Source: Octopus sinensis (taxonomy: Eukaryota). From it: a DNA stretch of 64,000 nucleotides. Below, piece by piece: positions 1 to 12,261 of the stretch. Both the position numbers and the translations under genes were made by a program. How positions within the stretch are numbered: the first letter of the stretch is position 1; each line of letters begins with the position of its first letter. Below the pieces are notes generated by a model. It saw nothing but the letters and a program-made list of their open reading frames with translations, did not search any database and had not been told where the DNA came from. The DNA lies in assembly GCF_006345805.1 (NCBI RefSeq), contig NC_042997.1, positions 13,206,001 through 13,270,000 on the forward strand, given 5' to 3'.

Positions 1-1127
1 GTGGGGTAAATGATCTTAGCTCGCTAAACTGAAGGTTCATCCAATATGTTGGTAGCTCTTCATGGAGCCATATTTGTTCGAGGCAGCCGGTCTTTCTTAC
101 CATAGTGGTTTACTTGGTCTCTACTGTCCCACATGCAAAGAAAGCATTGGTATTTGGCATAACCAGATTGCTACCCCATGAGAAAATTCACCAAGTCAAC
201 GCAGATGACCCATTTATGATCATGGTACAGCATATTCTCTAACGCCAACTTAATTTCTTCGTAATTTTCCTTCAGAGCTGTTGAGTAGCCGAGTGGGACA
301 GACCACACACATTTCCGTTGTGCAGCAATACACATTTTAAACTACGCTTAGAGTTGTTTAAGAAAAGACGCAATTTATCTCAATGCCAAGTTTATTAACA
401 AGCCCACTGACATCTCTGCAGTAAACCAGCTCTACCTCTTTTTTGAAGAAAGAAAGGAACTCTTCATGCCGACTCCGATAACAACTTATACGGACACCAT
501 TCTCTAGAAGATTCTTCTCTTTCATTTGGGCAGCCAACAGTTCTGCAAAATTTTGGAGGAGGTTCAAGTCACGATCTAGATCATTCAACTTTACCTGGAA
601 GAATAGCTGATGTAAAGTATCAACTGAAAAATCTTGATCTCTAGTGTCATCTTCAGGTGATGAATCTTCTTTGGTTGAGGGTAATGTTATCTGAGGCAAG
701 ACATTGACGACAGGAACAGGAATCTCTTCACTGTGTGGAACCGGTCTAATAGCAGAGGCAAAACTAGGATAGGCAAGCGTTTGTCGATTTTTCCGGTTAA
801 TACTCCTCCTAATTTAGGCTAGAAAATAACAGTCGTTCACGTGATTATAGGACTCCCAATAGCAAACCTCATACTTTTCCTTGTCCCTTTAGTCCATCGT
901 TGCAAGTGTTCCGTACATTGCAGACATTATGCAACGCCCAATATTTATCTTGGTCTCCCAGCTTGACCCCAAAATATTCCATATACACTCTTTCAAAAAA
1001 TCAGTGATGTTTTTTCGATTTTCAGGTAACGTGTATTATCCACAAACACAATAAAACACATTTGAAGAATTAACGCAAAACTTTCCTGAAGAAGACATCT
1101 TGCTAATTTTTGTTGCTTAGTTCACCA
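1..1127 (-). pseudogene. Transposase pseudogene (multiple frameshifts and stops)
   Basis: Conserved blocks lie in different frames with in-frame stops; only 358-699 stays open. Confidence 0.8.
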
Positions 1128-1330
1128 CAACATCCAAAAAGTATGGAGAAAGAAAAAAAAACTTAGAATTAGATTAAGGTAAGGAGTACTGCGTATAGTG
1201 ACTATAGGGATGTTCAATAACTTAAAAGCTAGATGTGATAGGTCAAAAAGGTTATATTTGGATTCAGGAGACCGATTTTGTATAGGAATGATGTCTATTT
1301 CTTAAACACCAAAAACCTTGTAGACCAGTG
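1..1330 (-). mobile_element. Decayed DNA transposon, Chapaev3-like (CMC/Transib-related), 5' part; runs off the window edge
   Basis: Minus-strand translation across frameshifts and stops gives an N-terminal Cys-rich region (FCVNSSNVFYCVCG..YFGVKLGDQDK..HLQRWTKG..DCYF..RPVPHSEEIPVPV). It continues LNDLDRDLNL..MKEKNLL..LVYCRDVSGLVNKLGIE (ORF 358-699), SKRSLKCVLLHNGN and HDHKWVICVDL..QSGYAKYQCFLCMWDSRD. Putative terminus CACTG at 1330 (minus). Family assigned from recalled motifs. Confidence 0.75.
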
Positions 1331-1987
1331 TAGTGAATCATTCACATAATTTTAAAAGGAATTTGTTTGATTTTATTTTTGCGAGGAAATTTAAAATCCT
1401 ACTGATTTATTATTTGTCTATCTTGTTAAATGCTAATATAAGTATACTGTTAAATGTATTTATCTGTTTGACAGGGATTTTTTTTCGTCAGAAATCTTCA
1501 GTATAGAAGATATTCTGTAATACCAGTGATGTAACGAAAACAGACATTTCTTTGACTGCGTCCAGCCTGTAACCTCAAAGTGCAGTCACTCACAATCGTT
1601 TGTTGCTGAACAGATTTCGCAACAGAAACGCGTAATATATCAGATTTGATTTCTTATTAACATCAAATGAACAAAGAAAGATATTGTTGCCTTTCAACAA
1701 TATCTTTATGTATATAAAACAAGAAACAATCATGCTAGTATCCTTTAAACCTGAAAAATCAAAATCGTAAAAGCCTCACTCGCAGGCTTTAACGTGTAAC
1801 GACGATTACGAATGATATCGTTATTCTTTTCTCGCCTACAACGTCGTAAAGATGAAGGCATTTGTTCTTTAAAATTCTTACTGTCTTGAGCTATGTAACA
1901 AAAGAAACAGCTTGTCTACTCGTTAAGACTTTGAAGGTACATACATACAACCACGCACACGCATACACCCACATATGCATACATATG

Positions 1988-2025
<38 letters not shown>

Positions 2026-2988
2026 GAGAGAGAGATGCCTGGTGTTTGAAGGGAAATTTACAATTGGTTATTCGATTTTGTATTGACGGCTCAGATCTTT
2101 TTATAACTTCGTGTGTTTTGTTTTGAGAAAAGCTCACATTTAACATATGTATGAATAGAAGGTTTCTGCGAAGAACAAAAGTCTCAACTTTGTTAAAGAC
2201 TATGCCCTCGTGTATTATATTACGAAATTCTTGAAAGTATTATGTTTCCGATTAAAAGAGTTAGGGTAGAAATCTAAAGCAACTTCAACATCATTCTTAC
2301 CTGAGGATGAAAAAGAAAAGAAAAATAATAACTGAAAATATATATAATCGCGCGACTAAACGAGCAGATAAGAATTTCATGTATTTATAGCTTAAAGTCA
2401 AAATCCAATAAAGGTTGTTATGCTTTTAACTCACCTTTTAACTTTCAGTCAAACTCTAAGGTACGGCTTTACTATCAATAGGGGCATAACTGACAATAAT
2501 AGGTAACACTAGACTATAATCGAATTTACATAGCTAATTATATTATAAATATTATATTTTTTCCTCCATCGAGTGGGAAACACACGAGTGTGTTTTGTTG
2601 TTTCTCTTTTTTTATTTCATTTTTACATTTTTTTGTCTATTTCTAATATATATCTTATTGATTTTTTTGTTTATTACTATTTCGTTTTGAAATAGAACTG
2701 TTTGTTATCTTTGATCTTTACTTCAAGGGAATATCCCCACCTCCAGGAAATGTGGCATATACCGTACATAATTATATATATATATATATACACATATATA
2801 CAAATATATATATATATATACATATATATATTTTATATATTACATATTATATATATATATGTATATATATATAAACATATATATATATATACATACATAT
2901 ATATATATACACATATATATACATATATATATTTTATATATTACATATTATATATATATATGTATATATATACAAATATAAATATACG

Positions 2989-3021
<33 letters not shown>

Positions 3022-3582
3022 TTATCTGCATTATTGTATGTATATATATGCATATATATATATACACACACATTCACACATTCACACATACGCACATATA
3101 TATATGCATATTTATGTACATTTATATATATGTATACATGTTATGGACATGTGTGTATTGAGTTTGTGTGTATGTATGTTTTCTTTATTGTTTGAAAAGG
3201 GAGAAAGGAGAGACAGAGAGAGACGCATTTGAGAGAAAGCGAGAGGGGAATGTACTTCTTTCGCATGTAAAGAAAGATGTAATCCGCTTTGGAATCTCTT
3301 TCTTGTAAAAGATGCCGACATTTTCGCTTTCAAACACAACGAAAAATAATATCACATTTCCACAACAAAGAGATAAACCCATAGTTGATGTGAATGTCAG
3401 AGAAAAGCGATATTAGCATTCCATTGATTATTTCTGCAAGGAATTTCAGAATAAATTCTATTATAAAATATCGACCACAAGAATATAATCTCAAGCTTTC
3501 AGGAATATTTGAAAAATGAAATGAACTCATAATCATATCTCTCAGACTTTCTTCCCCTCCCATAGCCTCGATCTCTCCTCCC

Positions 3583-3583
<1 letters not shown>

Positions 3584-3672
<89 letters not shown>
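3584..3672. repeat. (CTAT)n tetranucleotide microsatellite
   Basis: Direct reading. Confidence 0.98.
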
Positions 3673-3673
<1 letters not shown>

Positions 3674-4014
3674 AGTGAATCTATATTTAACTTCATCCTC
3701 ACAATATTTATATTTTCTTTACATATCTTTCCTCCTTCACCCGGTGGAGAAAAGTTGTTCATAGTTTACTCATGACCCTCAATGCATTCTCTCACATACA
3801 ACCGCGGTTATTACCTCACACCTTTTACTCATTAGCAATCAATCTTTCAATCCGCCCATTAATTCATTATCACTATCAAGCATCATTCCAATTTTTCACA
3901 CTCTACTTCGCAGCCGCTTTCACTCCCACTCTCTCTTCATGCACACACACACATACACGTATAAATATATCTATACATATGTATGTGTATACATAAATAT
4001 ATATATATATATAT

Positions 4015-4225
4015 ACTTTTATCTTTATTTGTTTCAGTCATTTGACACTGGCCATGCTGGAGCACCGCCGTTAGTCGAGCAAATCGACCCCAGGAATTAT
4101 TCTTTGCAAGCCTAGTTCTTATTTTATCAGTGTCTTTTGTCGGACCGCTAAGTTACGGGGACGTAAACACACCACCATCTGTTGTCAAGCGATGTTAGAG
4201 AGACAAACACAGACACACAAACACA
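4015..4225 (-). mobile_element. SINE family A (tRNA-head SINE with internal microsatellite), 3' half
   Basis: Matches the 3' halves at 27440-27620, 56026-56240 and 62770-62966 (ccatgctggagcaccgcc..agtcgagcaaatcga..cgctaagttacgggg). Confidence 0.85.
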
Positions 4226-4645
4226 CGCACATACACACATACATACATAGCACTTTGTATATATATGTGTATGTGTGTGTGTGTGTGTGTGTGTGTATGC
4301 ATACATTGACACACAGACATACATGTACATTTATATAGCATATCATTAGTTCTCTGCTATTTAATGCAATAGAATGTTCCCCTGATGATACGCTCTGGAT
4401 CGAGCAGCCAGTGTAGTGACTAATAAAATGAACTTGTGTCTATCGTAACTTCTTCTACATATTAACATACCTACATGTATACTTGCATTCACACATACAT
4501 ATACATAGCTATAATAACGAAGGTGGCTAAACTCAGTATAAAACCAAAAATAAAAATCCAGTGGTCGTTAATAGTGTCTTAGGGTGCGGGGTTTCTATAT
4601 ACGCATATTTACATTTACATAGATAGATACATAGTTTCTTGTTAT

Positions 4646-4687
4646 CACAACGTTTCGGCTGATGTAATTTCCAGCCTTCATCGGGTG
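4646..4687 (-). ncRNA. Minimal type I hammerhead ribozyme motif, U4C variant
   Basis: CAC-CCGATGA-AGGCTG-gaaattacat-CAGCC-GAAAC-GTT-GTG; stems I and II pair, core U4 is changed to C. Confidence 0.55.
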
Positions 4688-4754
4688 TTCTGGTGCACTA
4701 ATGTGGTACACTGTTCTCATCCCTAAACTATGTTGCTGATGTTATTTTTCTTCT

Positions 4755-4982
4755 TTCTTTATTGCTCACAAGGAGCAAACACAGAGGGGACAAACAAAGA
4801 CAGACAAAGGGATTAAGTCGATTACATCGACTCCAGTGTGTAACTGGTACTTAATTTATCGACCTCGAAAGGATGAAAAGAAAAGTCAACCTCGGCGGAA
4901 TTTGAACTAAGAACGTAATGGCAGACGAAATAACGCTAGGCATTTTGCCCGGCGTGCTAACGTTTCTATCAGCTCACCGCCT
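4755..4982 (-). mobile_element. SINE family B (tRNA head plus central CTTTCATCCTTTCG(G/A)GGTCGAT domain)
   Basis: Reverse complement matches the copies at 12383, 16765, 18695 and 47820; interrupts the inverted PLE tail. Confidence 0.85.
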
Positions 4983-6206
4983 TATTTTTTCTGTTGATAG
5001 AATCTGAAGATTAGTAGCCCGCGCTCATATCCACTACGCTATATGCCTGTGGGAAATTTTAGAGTGAATTTTAGGGTTTATAAACCTAGTATTTTATCTT
5101 TCCTTAATACTGGTTCCCATATTACATTCATATTATGGGATAGAAAACTGCGTGTACTGCATCCCATGCAGTTGTGGTAAGTTATTCATAGGTGAAACAT
5201 GCCGCCCCCTTAAAGTAAGGTTAGAGCAACATCGTAAAGCTGTGACACGAGGGGATGCTGAAAAATCGGGTATAGCCGATCATGTATGGAAAAACGGGGA
5301 CCACCTCCCGATGTGGGATGAAGTTAAAATAATCGACAGAGAACACCAGTGGAAAATATGATAATTAAACGAGGCTGCACATCTGCTGGGGCACAATAAC
5401 CTCCTAAGCAGACCTCGTGCCGATATGAATGTAATATGAGAACCAGTATTAAGAAAAGATGGCCATTTATAAATCTATTGCGTAGTAGATAAGAGCGCGG
5501 ATTCCAAGTTCAGTCCCAGGCAGGGACTTGAAAAATAATATGAACAGAAAAATAACATCAACAACATACCTTAGGAATGAGAACAGTGTACCCTATTAGT
5601 CAAATAAAGAGTTGGGCTCAAAATTCCACCAGATGAAGGATGGAAAGTACATCAGCCGAATGATAAAAACAGACAAGATGTGGACACCTATCCGTCCATT
5701 GTAAATAATATACGTAATTCCTTATGTCAAAAATATAGAATAGTATGAAAACGACATTTCAAAAATTTACGTTTTAATAAATGATTTCTACAATATTTTT
5801 ATATGTACTGTATTTAATTTTCTATTTTAGTATTAGCTTGTAGGTGATCATATTTTATATAATTTTTATGCTTCGTGGAGTCCGATGCACGGACAACCGA
5901 CATAACCCAAAACGACATAACTTGAGTTAGGCAACTTCTTCGCTGAAAGTATAAACAATGCGAGCTACTTTGTTTAGGGTCGGAGTTTCGGATGCTTCTA
6001 GGTGACAAGGCACAAACTGTCAAAGCATTGGATGACCCAGAATACCATGTGCGAGAGAGCCAAATGTGATGTACATACTATCGTAGTTGTGGGGTGAAAT
6101 TATTCTTCTATGACATACAATACAGCGAGCAGAATATTGTGTGCGTGTGTGTGTGTATTGAGAGAGAGTGTTAGGTGTGGTGTACAGATATTGATTATTG
6201 AGAGAA

Positions 6207-9200
6207 ACCGTCGCCAGAATTTTGGAAAGAAATATTTTTATCTATTCATTATTATAAGCTATTTTATTAGTTCGTTTTTCGAACTTATAAAATAGAATTC
6301 GTGAATGTATAAACACTTTGTTCATTTATATAAAACAGATGTTTTTGTGGGATTTGCTTAGAAAAGGAGAACATTGTTTTTGTTTTCTAGGTGAGGTTCC
6401 ATGAGAATAGAAATAAATGGATAGGTAGATAGATAGCTAGATAGTCAGACAAATAGAGAGAGAGAGAGGAGGTGAAGGGGGATTCCCCTCTCTCTCTTCA
6501 TCATTCATTTATTCATTTAGTCATTTACCATTGTATTGAAAAGAGTTTAAGGATGGTGACCTCTTCAAGAAAAAAAAAACAAAAACAGGTGTGGTGTCTT
6601 CATCACCGAAAGTCTTTTTGCTTTCTTTCTCTCTTTTCCCCCTTCTTTCTTTTCCATTTTCTTCCTTTTTTTCTTCTGTTTTCCTCTTTCTTTCTTTTTC
6701 TCCTCTTTGAGTTATATTTAGAATACAAATTGTACTGTCTCCGCTTTACTTTTAATCATGCAATTTTAGAGAAAATTTTTTGATGAAATGCAGTTCCACT
6801 TCTTTTCAATATTGCAGATCGTCCCGTGCATATTTGTGAAACTGAAAAAAGTTTGAATTTTCCATTGCTGCATATTTCCAGACGCTTACTTAATGGAATC
6901 TTGAGCAATTCCTCTTGTCGGATATGCTGCCTATGGATTCTTGCACGTTGACAGAGGGAATTATTTGTTTCGCCAATGTAAGTCTCTTTGCAGTTTGGGC
7001 AGGTACTGCACTAGGTAAGGTTTTGCGTTTTACAGTTCATATCTGCATTTATTTTGAAAAGGGATCCACTCTTGAATTTTATATGAGAACCACATTCTGA
7101 GTATGTAAAGTTGTTGTTGTTGGTGTTGTTGCATATTCCACATCTCCTATCTCTACATTCTTTTACTAAGAATTCTGATTTATTCTCCGATTTGAATTCT
7201 GCTCTTGTGAAGTGTTATTTAAGAATTTTTGGTTGGTGTCTACTATTCTGTAAGGTGATTTTTCAATCAGATTTTCAATACTGGGGCTTTATAGAAGTAT
7301 AGGTATGTTCGATTTTATGGCGTCAAAGATGTTGGTTATACCAGGAATGCGTGTGTGTGAACGAACGGAATCGCATTTTCATTAACTTTTTCGTTAGGTG
7401 TCCGTAGTTGGGTGATGTTCAGTTTCATCTCCTTTTTAATTCCCTCATTAATTAATTCTAAGGGGTATTTCTGCATTGTGAGGAAGCCTTGAGTCGGATT
7501 TCACGTATTTTGAGGTCAGTCACTATAGCACAGATGTGTCTTGCCATGTTGTTTGGGATGTTTCTTTTGATGTGTGATGGGTTGCAAGAGTAGAATTTTA
7601 AATATTGGACTGTGTCAGATTTTTTTTTTTGTAACATATGTCTGTTGTGACTGTAGAGTTCTGTATTTTTATGTGGATATCCAGGAATAGTAATTCATTG
7701 CAACTGGATTCTGTCGTGAATTTTATGGATGGGTGAAGTGTGTTCAATATATTGTTAAATATATTCAGATCTTCATTCGATCTGCCCCAGAAGATGAAGC
7801 AATTAGCAAGGAAGCGTTTCCACTTTTTGATGATATATTTCTTGTACTCCTGATCAAAAGCTTTTTCTACTTCCTCATAAACATTTTCTTCCAAGTATCC
7901 CATAACTAAGTTTGCACATGAGGGCACGAATCACATACCCATAACTGTGCCCTTTATCTGCCGATATATTTTATTGTCGAATCTAAAGGTATTTTCTTCT
8001 AGTACTAGGCGTGTGGTCTTGCTGATGAAGTCAGTCTTGTAGCGTCCATTTATCCATACTTTATGTTTCTCTACCCAGTGTTTGATTGCTTCTAGGCCTA
8101 AAGTGTGATATATTTTAGTATAGATATTGGTGACATCAAAAATTATAAGTATAGTGCCTTCTGCGACAGTGGGAGTGATGTGTTGGATGAAATCTATGCT
8201 ATCCCGTACATAACTGGGTATTAAAGAGCACAAAGGTTTTAGGAGTGTATCTAAAAAATGACTTAGTTCTTGTGTTGGTGCTTGAGGTCTAGCAACTATT
8301 GGTTTGAGGTCAGCAAACCTTAGAATTTTTACGTACTGGTTCTTCTGCTTATTTATGACACTTTGTATTTCGGAGCTTTTGTGGATTTGGGGCAATCCGT
8401 GCTTATTGCTCTCTTTGATTACAGAGTTGCATATATAATCTTTCTCATTATCTGTGAAGAAATTTTGGAATTCATTGATTAGTCTTCTGACTTTATTCAT
8501 TATTGCTTTTCTGGGTGCCTTGGTTCTTCATTGTGGTAGGTTTGGTTTGTTAACATTTTCAATATTTCATCTTATTTATATAACTCAAATATTGGAAATA
8601 TAATGCTCATCTCTGTAAATACTCAGAACTACATTTCATCTAAAAATTCTCTCCAAAACTGAATGTTTGAAAGAAAAGCGGTGACAGTACATTTTGTATT
8701 CTAAATATAAATCGAAGTGGAGAAAAAGAAAGAGGAAAAACAAAGGAATGAGGCGAAAAAAGGAACAAAGGAAGAAAAGGGAAAAGAAAGAAAGGAAAAA
8801 GGTAAAAAGAGGGAAAGAAAGCAAAAAAGACTTCTAGTGATGACGACACGACACCTCCATTTCAATACAATGGTAAATGACTAAATGAATAAATGAATGG
8901 TGAATAGGAAAGGGGATCCCCCTTCCTCACTTCTCTCTCCCACTTTCTCTACCTATTTATCTATCTATCTGACTATCTATCTATCAACCTATCTACGTAC
9001 ACATATATTTCTATCTATTTATGTCCATTGTCATGAACCTCATTCCAAAATACAAAAATAATATTCGCCTCTTCTAAAGAAAACCCCACCAAAACATGTT
9101 TTATATAAATGAACAAGCTGTTTGTACATTGAAAAACTTGTATTTGATAAGTTTGAGAAACGAACGAAAGCGCTGATTATAAAGAATAAAAAAAGATTTT

Positions 9201-9220
9201 TTTTCAAAAATTCTGCCGAC
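6207..9220 (-). mobile_element. Penelope-like retroelement, 5'-truncated and decayed, with a diverged inverted copy of its 3' end at the 5' junction
   Basis: RT motifs LKPIVARPQAPTQELSHFLDTLLKPL, DVTNIYTKI, GTVMG-MPSCANLVMGYLE and KRFLANCF (7598-8500). GIY-YIG CSTCPNCKETYIGETNNSLCQRARIHRQHI at ~6900-7030. ~6207-6860 is homologous to the reverse complement of ~8555-9220. Confidence 0.9.
6790..8550 (-). pseudogene. PLE reverse transcriptase + GIY-YIG endonuclease pseudogene
   Basis: ORFs 7931-8500 and 7598-7927 plus downstream frames; catalytic YxDD reads FLAN; stops and frameshifts present. Confidence 0.88.
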
Positions 9221-9221
9221 A

Positions 9222-9345
9222 AGGAAAGAAAGAAGGAGGATTTAACGCTTCGAGCGGAGCTCTTCGTCAGAAATATAGAAAAAAAAAGTCCAAGGATGGG
9301 AAGACGGAGAAAGAAAATCGCCAACGATACACACGCGATCACATA
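9222..9345 (-). mobile_element. Short dispersed HHR-bearing repeat (family H4), core A15.1 changed to G
   Basis: Minus strand reads CTGACGA-AGAGC-TCC-GCTC-GAAGCGTT; homologous to 28722-28925. Confidence 0.75.
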
Positions 9346-9618
9346 TTGAAATGACCGAGAGGGAATCAAATATATGCGCGCGCGTGTGTGTGTGTGTGTA
9401 TACATACATATATACATCGAACAAAATAATGAATAGAGTTATTGGTACCACAAATATTCCTTACCACTATTCCAACAACATTTAGTTGAGGTAAAGCATT
9501 AACAGAGTGTGAAACATGAGCATGATTACGTAAAACCCATACTCATTGCTTTTGACCGAATGAAGAAATTAAACTAGAACTAATTCATACATACATACAT
9601 GTGTATATATATATATAT

Positions 9619-9651
<33 letters not shown>

Positions 9652-9895
9652 GTATATATGAAGTCAAAAATTGTGAAGCATGACTGTCACCACTACTACA
9701 TGAACCTGAAGATTGCAGAATTTAATGCATGAAAGTACTAGTTCAATCAGAATGAACATTTAACATTCTATTATTTTATTTTATTTATTATATTATCTTA
9801 TATCATTATAAGATTGTAAATAAAACGTGAAAATCAGACAAGGTCGGAATTCCTTTTATTAATATATTCTTCTATACACAATCACACACACACAC

Positions 9896-9987
<92 letters not shown>

Positions 9988-10598
9988 ATTTGGTGTGTAG
10001 AGCCTATATTCTTTTAGTAAGGAAACATCCAATTAAATATGCAAATAAAGTAATACTAGGAAGGAAGAGAGGACACAAATTACCGTGTGTCATTTGATAA
10101 GATAAATTTTGAAGTTGGATATAATTCATCTATAACTGCTGACAATTGTCTGTTGGATAAAATAAAGCATGTATCAGTACACAAGTAATATATCAACTGG
10201 GATGGGAAGCTTAAAGAAGCTTCAAAGAAGCCCTAATGTATAGAGAGAGAGAGGGAGAAAAGTGAGAGAGAGTGGGAAGGGAGGGAGGGAAGGAGGGAGA
10301 GAGAAAGAGACAGAGACAGAGAAAAGGCAGAGAAAAGGAGAGAGAGGCGAGAGATAAAGAAATTAGTAAAATGAATGATACAAGACAGAGTACGGGAGTC
10401 GGAAAATATGGGTGGGTTTTCAACGGAAGGAATGTTATTATATTGTTATATTTCATCCTGATAATAACGAAAAATTCGTGGATTTTCTGTAGGTCTAAAG
10501 TAATGCCCCATTCTATAGACTCTGGTTGCCAGTATTCACAACAGAGATGAAGACGTTATCCACCTGAATTCTTGAACCTTTGTGTGTGTGTGTGTGTT

Positions 10599-10630
<32 letters not shown>

Positions 10631-10721
10631 ATATTATTCGAGACAAAACCACTATTTTGCAAAACAAACAAGGAAAGACTTAATTAATACATAAAATTTT
10701 AATAAATAGTCAAAAAAACCG

Positions 10722-10764
10722 CCACTACAATCGTTTCTTGTCTTGATCGACAATCTTCAGGTGG
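10722..10764 (-). ncRNA. Minimal type I hammerhead ribozyme (left-arm mirror copy)
   Basis: Exact reverse complement of 10822-10864. Confidence 0.8.
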
Positions 10765-10821
10765 ACTTCCAATAATTCAGTGTCAAATTACTTCATAATT
10801 TGACACTGAATTATTGGAAGT

Positions 10822-10864
10822 CCACCTGAAGATTGTCGATCAAGACAAGAAACGATTGTAGTGG
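10822..10864 (+). ncRNA. Minimal type I hammerhead ribozyme
   Basis: CCAC-CTGAAGA-TTGTC-gatcaa-GACAA-GAAAC-gatt-GTA/GTGG. Intact core, stem I CCAC/GTGG, 5-bp stem II, self-complementary ACGAUUGU stem III, predicted cleavage after GUA (10860). Confidence 0.82.
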
Positions 10865-11111
10865 CGGTTTTTTTGACTATTTATTAAAATTTTATGTATT
10901 AATTAAGTCTTTCCTTGTTTGTTTTGCAAAATAGTGGTTTTGTCTCGAATAATATTTTATAATATTTTAATATAAAATCGATTTAATCCTAAATCTGATT
11001 TTTTCCCTGTAAATTTGGATTTATTCCCTAATATTTATTATTATATATATATATATATATATATATAGGAAGATAGATAGATAGATAGACAGATAGATAG
11101 ATAGATAGATG

Positions 11112-11147
<36 letters not shown>

Positions 11148-11150
<3 letters not shown>

Positions 11151-11485
11151 GTGACCCCCTTCGGTCATGAATGATCATGGGATTACACCTAGAACGTTAC
11201 CCTCCAAGGTACAAGTCCGGGCCTGGTTGTTTATGGAAAATCTGCAGTCACCCATGCATACCGGCGTCTCCAGTCCACGCATCCACTGTTATCCAAGAGA
11301 AAGGCAAAGACCAATACAGCGTGGCATCTATGACGTTGCAACTCATTTCTACAGCTGAGTGAACTGGAGCAATGTGAAATAAAGTGTCTTGCTCAAGAAC
11401 ACAACACGCAGCCCAATCCGGGAATCGTACTCACAATCTCACGATCGTAAGCTTGACGCTCTAACCACTGAGCCATGCGCCCTAA
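11148..11485 (-). mobile_element. tRNA-derived SINE (family C type)
   Basis: Minus head ggcgcatggctcagtggttagagcgtcaagcttacgatcgtgagattgtgagtacgattcccgg has A/B-box-like motifs, followed by a CORE-like segment (aagtgtcttgctcaagaacac on plus). Confidence 0.85.
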
Positions 11486-11486
11486 C

Positions 11487-11487
<1 letters not shown>

Positions 11488-11522
<35 letters not shown>

Positions 11523-11537
11523 ATATATATATATAAT

Positions 11538-11569
<32 letters not shown>

Positions 11570-11578
11570 ATATATATA

Positions 11579-11643
<65 letters not shown>

Positions 11644-11652
11644 ATATATATA
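11488..11652. repeat. Long imperfect (TA)n tract
   Basis: Direct reading. Confidence 0.97.
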
Positions 11653-12261
11653 TAATTTCAACAATTGAGGGCAAAATTAATTAGTATTAATCAATTTCAC
11701 CAAGTGTTCAGTATGCAAAGGGACCATTCAAGGCGAATTCAAATTATTACATTATATAAAAGGGCTTAGTAAAATAAATACTTTGCCGCATACTGAACTC
11801 ATTAGAAATAGCAGCTAAAAAACTTTTTTAAGGCTATTTCTAATACTTAAAGAAAATCTCTCTCATATATAGTGTTTGCTTAATTCAACTCACAAAAGTT
11901 GGGGGTAAGGACATCGAAAAATCAAATGCTAAGGTTATTCGAGAACGTACGTTTCAAGATTAGTCAAAACAACATTTCTATCATCGGCTCAGAAATCCTT
12001 CCCAAACCAAGGAATTTCTGAGCCGATGATAGAAATGTTGTTTTGACTAATCTTGAAACGTACGTTCTCGAATAACCTTAGCATTTGATTTTTCGATGTC
12101 CTTACCCCCAAACTTTTGTGAGTTGAATTAAGCAAACACTATATATGAGAGAGATTTTCTTTAAGTATTAGAAATAGCCTTAAAAAAGTTTTTTAGCTGC
12201 TATTTCTAATGAGTTCAGTATGCGGCAAAGTAATTTATTTTACTAAGCCCTTTTATATAAT
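11653..12261. mobile_element. Non-coding fold-back element (family H2), ~250-bp arms, 8-nt spacer, ~100-nt extension on the left arm
   Basis: 11751-12000 is nearly the reverse complement of 12009-12261; same family as 31236-32487; (TA)n on both sides. Confidence 0.9.
12019..12070 (+). ncRNA. Type I hammerhead motif, U4C variant (mirror copy in the left arm)
   Basis: TGAG-CCGATGA-(long stem II)-GAAAC-GTAC-GTT-CTCG; the intact version is at 32157-32208. Confidence 0.55.

Larger units (their letters stand above)
4640..5680. mobile_element. 5'-truncated Penelope-like element: GIY-YIG 3' end plus tail (5137-5680, +), preceded by an inverted copy of that tail (4640-5135)
   Basis: NCVYCIPCSCGKLFIGETCRPLKVRLEQHRKAV..SGIADHVW is a GIY-YIG endonuclease. 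5095-5135 is the reverse complement of 5422-5460. 4650-4750 is the reverse complement of ~5548-5665. Confidence 0.85.
10629..11042. mobile_element. Non-coding fold-back element (family H1): perfect 162-bp arms, 5-nt loop, ~85-nt extension on the right arm, between (TA)n tracts
   Basis: 10629-10790 is the reverse complement of 10796-10957; loop CTTCA at 10791-10795. Confidence 0.9.

Noticed and set aside
3112-3584. Overlapping minus-strand ORFs in non-repetitive sequence
   Set aside because: No recognisable domain, no consistent splice signals, and short.
6545-6590. HHR-like TTGAAGA-GGTC motif in the first PLE tail (minus)
   Set aside because: Stem II partner and GAAA are missing; not called as a ribozyme.
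10629-12261. Palindromes as CRISPR arrays, terminators or MITE terminal repeats
   Set aside because: No repeat-spacer periodicity, the context is eukaryotic, there are no TSD-bounded short TIRs, and the arms are whole-element inversions containing HHRs.
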